From Thermovirgaceae bacterium (GTDB taxonomy: Bacteria > Synergistota > Synergistia > Synergistales > Thermovirgaceae), in the NCBI GenBank assembly GCA_046542505.1, contig JBKHBH010000067.1, forward strand, positions 1-11,446: a stretch of 11,446 bases of DNA, written 5' to 3'. This document shows, in pieces, positions 7,434 to 11,446 of this stretch. Every line of letters begins with the position of its first letter. Position 1 is the first letter of the stretch. Under the pieces are notes generated by a model. The model ran no database searches and was not told the origin of the DNA. It saw nothing but the letters and a program-made list of their open reading frames with translations. The translations under genes were made by a program, and so were the position numbers.

Positions 7434-9416
7434 ATGAAGCTCAGGTCGAAGATGCTTGTCTGGTTTTTGGGGGCTTTGGTGATCGCCTTTATTGTGCTGG
7501 GGCTTTTCGTGAGACATCAGGCAACAAGGACAGTGGCGGGTTTGACGGAAGAAATGTCCCTGGAGATTGCCCAAAAAAGCGCAGAGTCGATCAACAGGTG
7601 GCTTGCAGGTATACGGCAGGAAACCCTGCAGATAGTCGATACCGACGACGTCAGGTCCATGGACTGGTCCGTCATGGAAGAAGATCTGAAGTTCGCCGTG
7701 CGTCGGAACGGGGACTATGAAATGTTTTTTGTCGCTGATCGAGATGGCTTTTCCCATACGACCTTAGGCCAGACGGCTAACATCGCCGAGCGGCAATATT
7801 TCCGGGACATCATGGCCGGCAAAACCGATTTGGCCCTGAGTGACCCGGTTGTTTCCAAGGCCACTGGAGAACAGATTTTTGTCATGGCTCACGCAATAAA
7901 GTCCGAAGGCGAGACCGTGGGAGTGTTCGGGGCCACGGTCACTCTTAAGCAGCTCAGCGAACTCGCTGCTTCCATCAAGATCGGTGACGCCGGCTACGGA
8001 TGGGTTGTCGACGGGACGGGCCTGATGATCGCCTACCCAGACCAGGACCAGGTGATGAACCTGAATCTCCTCGAATCCTCGGAGATGGGGTACGAGGGGT
8101 TAGAGGAGGCCGGAATGGATGTCATCGCGGGGAAGACGGGACATGCCCAGGTGATCAAACCGGACGGCTCCGTCGAGCGAATTTTCTACACCCCGATAGA
8201 GGGGGCCAACGGCTGGGGACTCGGGGTGACCATTCCCGAAAAACAGCTTTTCGCCGCTGTCAACCGCCTGAACAAGGGAGTTCTTCTCGGCTTCGCCGTG
8301 ACTCTTCTGGCCATGGCCGCCATCATTGCCTTTGCTGCAACGGTTATTGCCAAGGGCGTGAACGCCCTGAAGGAGCAGGTGCTTGTCTTTGGACAAGGCG
8401 ATCTGACGGTGTCCTTCGAAGCCAGCGGCAAGGATGAAATTTCTGAGATGGCCACAGGGCTCAACACCATGGCGGAAAACCTCAGGGGCCTTATGGAAAG
8501 CGTCAACGGTACGGCCCAGCAGGTGAACAAGTCCGCCGAAGGCCTGGCTGCCATGTCCGAGGAAATGGGCGCTTCCAGCGAGGAACTGGCCGCCCAGTCC
8601 GACCAGGTCAACGGAAACAGCCAGGAAGTGGCCTCCTCCATCGAGGAAGTGAACGCCGGCGTCGAGGAAGTGGCCTCAAGCGCCCAGAGTCTTGCCGACG
8701 TGGCCCAGGACCTGTCCTCCAGGGCTGATCAAATCAAGGGCAGTGCCGATGAAGGCCAAAATGCCGCTGAATCCATTGTGGAAATGATTGAACACACCAA
8801 GGAAAAGGCGAGGGAAACAGCTTCCGTCGTCGAGGGCCTTTCCAAGCGGGCTGGTGATATCGGCGAGATTTTGGACAAGGTCAACGCCATAGCCGAACAG
8901 ACGAACCTCCTGGCCCTGAACGCCGCCATCGAGGCGGCCCGGGCGGGTGAGGCCGGACGCGGCTTCGCCGTCGTTGCCGACGAGATCCGTAAGCTGGCTG
9001 AAAACAGCAAGGACGCCACCCAGACGATCACGGCCATCCTGGAGGAAATACGCAAGGAAGCCGGTGCAGCGTCCGGTGTGACGAATGAAGCGGTGACCAG
9101 AGTCGAGAAGGCCAGTGAGGAATCCAATAGGGTAAAGGACAAGCTCATGGCCATTCTCGAAAATGTCAAGGGCATTACCGAAAAGGTGGAAAATCTCGCT
9201 GCTTCCTCACAAGAGCAGAGCGCCTCGGCGGAGGAAATGACCAGCGTCACCGACGGCGCCACCAAGGCTGTCAACTCCATTGCGGAACAGATGAAGGAAA
9301 TGGCCACAACCATCAGGGAATTCGCCGATTCGAGCCAGGAGGCAAGTGCCTCGAGCGAAGAACTTACGTCCATCGTGGACGGACTCATCAAGGAAATAAA
9401 GAAGTTCAAGGTCTGA
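7434..9416 (+). CDS. Methyl-accepting chemotaxis protein (TM-dCache-TM-HAMP-MA, 44H class)
   Basis: 660 aa from ATG 7434 (SD GGGGAGG 7420-7426); two TM helices, Cache motifs RQYF and [14 protein letters not shown] ([16 protein letters not shown]), [38 protein letters not shown]. Hand count gives 22 heptads each side of the tip. Confidence 0.97.
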   Translation: MKLRSKMLVWFLGALVIAFIVLGLFVRHQATRTVAGLTEEMSLEIAQKSAESINRWLAGIRQETLQIVDTDDVRSMDWSVMEEDLKFAVRRNGDYEMFFVADRDGFSHTTLGQTANIAERQYFRDIMAGKTDLALSDPVVSKATGEQIFVMAHAIKSEGETVGVFGATVTLKQLSELAASIKIGDAGYGWVVDGTGLMIAYPDQDQVMNLNLLESSEMGYEGLEEAGMDVIAGKTGHAQVIKPDGSVERIFYTPIEGANGWGLGVTIPEKQLFAAVNRLNKGVLLGFAVTLLAMAAIIAFAATVIAKGVNALKEQVLVFGQGDLTVSFEASGKDEISEMATGLNTMAENLRGLMESVNGTAQQVNKSAEGLAAMSEEMGASSEELAAQSDQVNGNSQEVASSIEEVNAGVEEVASSAQSLADVAQDLSSRADQIKGSADEGQNAAESIVEMIEHTKEKARETASVVEGLSKRAGDIGEILDKVNAIAEQTNLLALNAAIEAARAGEAGRGFAVVADEIRKLAENSKDATQTITAILEEIRKEAGAASGVTNEAVTRVEKASEESNRVKDKLMAILENVKGITEKVENLAASSQEQSASAEEMTSVTDGATKAVNSIAEQMKEMATTIREFADSSQEASASSEELTSIVDGLIKEIKKFKV

Positions 9417-9427
9417 AGGTGAAAGAA

Positions 9428-9456
9428 CGCCGGCCCGCCTTTCGCGCGGGCCGGCG
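9428..9456. terminator. Perfect 11-bp GC stem-loop; terminator-like only on the minus strand
   Basis: CGCCGGCCCGC-CTTTCGC-GCGGGCCGGCG. No T-tract follows on +; on - it is followed by TTCTTTC (9421-9427). Confidence 0.5.
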
Positions 9457-9480
9457 CGGGACAGGGAAGGAGTGTCTCCC

Positions 9481-10926
9481 ATGTCGGATTTCCAGATCAC
9501 CGGATTATCCTCCGGAATTGACTGGGGCAACATCATCGACACGATGATGGAAAAAAAGAGAGCCGTGGAAACGCAGTGGTACGAAGAGCAGGAAAAGCTC
9601 GACACCAAGGCCCTTCTTTACGAGGAACTGGCCACGAACCTGTCCGGCCTGCAGGGAAGTCTCGATCCCCTGAAGCGGGAGTCGACCTTTCTCAGCAAGT
9701 CCGTAGCAGTGACGCCCACGGCGGGGACGGCCGAACCCGTGGCCGTTTCGGCATCTCCCGAGGCGGAAATCGGACGTTTCAACGTCGATGTCACCTCGGT
9801 GGCCGCGAATCATCGCGTGGCGGGAAACCGTTACGATGATGCCGACGCTGCCCTGGGGCTGGAAGGTTCCTTCGACCTCTCCGTCGGCGATTTCTCCGTC
9901 ACCGTCGACGTGTCTTCCGACCAGAGCCTGAAGGATGTGGCCGAGACCATCAATGCCGCCATCACGCAGCAGGCGGAGGAAGCGGAAATCGCCCCGCCCC
10001 TGTCGGCCCAGGTCCTCGACAACACCCTCATTCTCGAGGCAGAGCAGACGGGGTCGGAAAACGCGCTTTCCGTGACCGACACCGACGGTCTTTTGGTGAA
10101 CCTGGGCATCGTCGACGGAACCGGCGATTACACCAATGTCCTCCAGGAACCGGCAGATGCGCAGATCACCCTGGATGGCCTTGATGTGACCCGTTCGTCG
10201 AATACCATCGATGACCTCATCGAGGGTGTCTCCATTGAGGTCACTGCCCCGGGGAGCGCTCAGGTTGACGTCTCCCTCGACGCGGAGGCGGCCGTCACCG
10301 GTGTGAAAGGCATGCTCGAGGCCTACAACCAAACCCTGGATTGGGTCAATATCCGCCTGACCGAGGAATCGGATGAGGACCCCGAATCCGACGTGGAGAA
10401 GAAATGGGGACTTCTCAAGGGTGACGACCTTCTCTGGAGCTGCAAGCAGGACATGCGGAGCATTACCAGCAAGATCCGCTACGATCTCGAGGGGGAGTAC
10501 AAGAGCCTGTCCTCCGTAGGCATTACCACCGAATCCGTGGATTATGGCAAGAGCGGCAAACTCGAATTCGACGAATCGGCTTTCATGGACGCCATGCTCG
10601 ATGATCCCGAGGGTGTCCAGAAGGTTCTCCAATCCTTTGCAGAGGAAATGCAGGGATTTACGAAGCAGATGATTTCCGGTGCTCCCGAAAGCGTGGGCGG
10701 GAGCATGGTCAAGACGGGGACCGTCATCAACCGTATTGATTCCCTGGAGAAAAGGTCTTCCCAGATCGATGAGAGGATCGCCGACTTCGAGGCCCGGCTG
10801 GAGATGGAACAGGCCTCGCTGGAAAAATTGTACGCCAACATGGAAACCCGTCTTTCGGAAATGAATCAGCAGAGTTATCACTTTTCGGCACTCCTTGATC
10901 AGGGGATGTCCGATTCGTCGAAATGA
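9481..10926 (+). CDS. fliD: Flagellar filament cap protein FliD (HAP2)
   Basis: 481 aa from ATG 9481 (SD AAGGAG 9467-9472); ITGLSSGIDW..IID, DAQITLDGLDVTRSSNTIDDLIEGVSI, GLLKGD, LSSVGIT..GKLEFDE, C-terminal coiled coil LEKLYANMETRLSEMNQQ. Confidence 0.96.
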   Translation: MSDFQITGLSSGIDWGNIIDTMMEKKRAVETQWYEEQEKLDTKALLYEELATNLSGLQGSLDPLKRESTFLSKSVAVTPTAGTAEPVAVSASPEAEIGRFNVDVTSVAANHRVAGNRYDDADAALGLEGSFDLSVGDFSVTVDVSSDQSLKDVAETINAAITQQAEEAEIAPPLSAQVLDNTLILEAEQTGSENALSVTDTDGLLVNLGIVDGTGDYTNVLQEPADAQITLDGLDVTRSSNTIDDLIEGVSIEVTAPGSAQVDVSLDAEAAVTGVKGMLEAYNQTLDWVNIRLTEESDEDPESDVEKKWGLLKGDDLLWSCKQDMRSITSKIRYDLEGEYKSLSSVGITTESVDYGKSGKLEFDESAFMDAMLDDPEGVQKVLQSFAEEMQGFTKQMISGAPESVGGSMVKTGTVINRIDSLEKRSSQIDERIADFEARLEMEQASLEKLYANMETRLSEMNQQSYHFSALLDQGMSDSSK

Positions 10927-10927
10927 G

Positions 10928-10955
10928 TCAATAACGCCGCCTGAACTGCCGATAC
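10928..10955 (+). promoter_or_regulatory. Putative sigma28 (FliA/SigD) promoter downstream of fliD
   Basis: TCAA (10928-10931), 16 nt, GCCGATAC (10948-10955); 7/8 match to the -10 box, placed 46 nt before a GTG with strong SD. Confidence 0.6.
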
Positions 10956-11001
10956 TCAAGTAGAAGGACAGAAACGTCACCAAAACGGGAGGATCCCGAC
11001 A

Positions 11002-11446
11002 GTGAAAATCAATGATCTCATCTCCAACATCCTCGGTTCCGCCAAAATGGCGCAACAATCCGAGGGGAAAGCACCGAAAGGGAAGGGTTCGCAAAAAAAT
11101 GCGGCCTTCACCTCTGTGCTCAAAGACGAGATCCGGATCAAAACGGGCAAGGCCGGAGGCGGTGAAGCCGCCTCGACTGAGACTATCCGCAGTATTTCTG
11201 CCGACCTTGCATCAGGCCGCCTTGACAACAAAGCCCTGGATGCCCTTGCCCAGCGACTCGCCGAAAAGGCGGACTGGCTGTCGCAAAAAGGCGTTTTCCC
11301 CGAAAGTGCGGGAAAAACGGAAACAATCGGTCCGTCCGGGGAAATGTCCGAATTGACACCGAAAGAAAAAGTAAAAGGGCTTTTGCGACTCTGGAAGGAT
11401 GTTCAACAGGGTTCCACGCCGCCCGGTGGAGTTGGTTCGGAAGGAG
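11002..11446 (+). CDS. 5' part of an unidentified protein, possibly hook-length control protein FliK (partial)
   Basis: SD GGGAGG 10987-10992, GTG 11002, frame open to window end: MKINDLISNILGSAKMAQQSEGKAPKGKGSQKNAAFTSVLKDEIRIKTGKAGGGEAAS... Low-complexity N-terminus with an F..VL motif, reminiscent of FliK N-termini; the diagnostic C-terminal domain is not in the window. Confidence 0.65.
   Translation, partial: MKINDLISNILGSAKMAQQSEGKAPKGKGSQKNAAFTSVLKDEIRIKTGKAGGGEAASTETIRSISADLASGRLDNKALDALAQRLAEKADWLSQKGVFPESAGKTETIGPSGEMSELTPKEKVKGLLRLWKDVQQGSTPPGGVGSEG

Noticed and set aside
8560..8700. Repeated GAGGAA / GGAAGTGGCCTC units
   Set aside because: Explained by heptad methylation-helix repeats of the MCP; not a CRISPR or DNA repeat element.
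8729..9409. 226 aa and other minus-strand ORFs within the MCP, and 6331-7074 within fliM
   Set aside because: Shadows of well-supported plus-strand genes (Ser/Ala-rich within the MCP); no independent evidence.
9505..11094. 529 aa minus-strand ORF opposite fliD
   Set aside because: Codon-aligned antisense shadow of a GC-rich gene; no recognisable motifs; fliD is unambiguous.
11012..11356. 114 aa plus-strand ORF in the track
   Set aside because: Wrong frame: Arg/Pro-rich and poorly spaced from the SD; the frame starting at GTG 11002 fits better.

Overview
GC-rich bacterial flagellar/chemotaxis region. Order: 3' end of an unidentified CDS, cheY (+), atypical HD-GYP protein (-), cheX (+), fliP-fliQ-fliR (+), orphan divergent periplasmic-binding-protein-like gene (-), fliL-fliM (+), a dCache/HAMP 44H-class chemoreceptor (+), fliD (+), and the 5' part of an ORF that runs off the window (possibly fliK; absent from the ORF track). 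CheY style, CheX and the 44H MCP fit F1-type chemotaxis (Firmicutes/Thermotogota/Synergistota-like); Synergistota is an impression, not a tested assignment. No rRNA, tRNA, CRISPR, mobile element or recognisable riboswitch was seen. Most genes are ordinary, and I cannot claim a new system from this window alone. The best leads are the motif-variant HD-GYP between cheY and cheX, the orphan LivJ-like protein wedged between fliR and fliL, and recurring intergenic elements (two sigma28-like promoters each followed by AGGACAG, palindromes, SD-containing hairpins).
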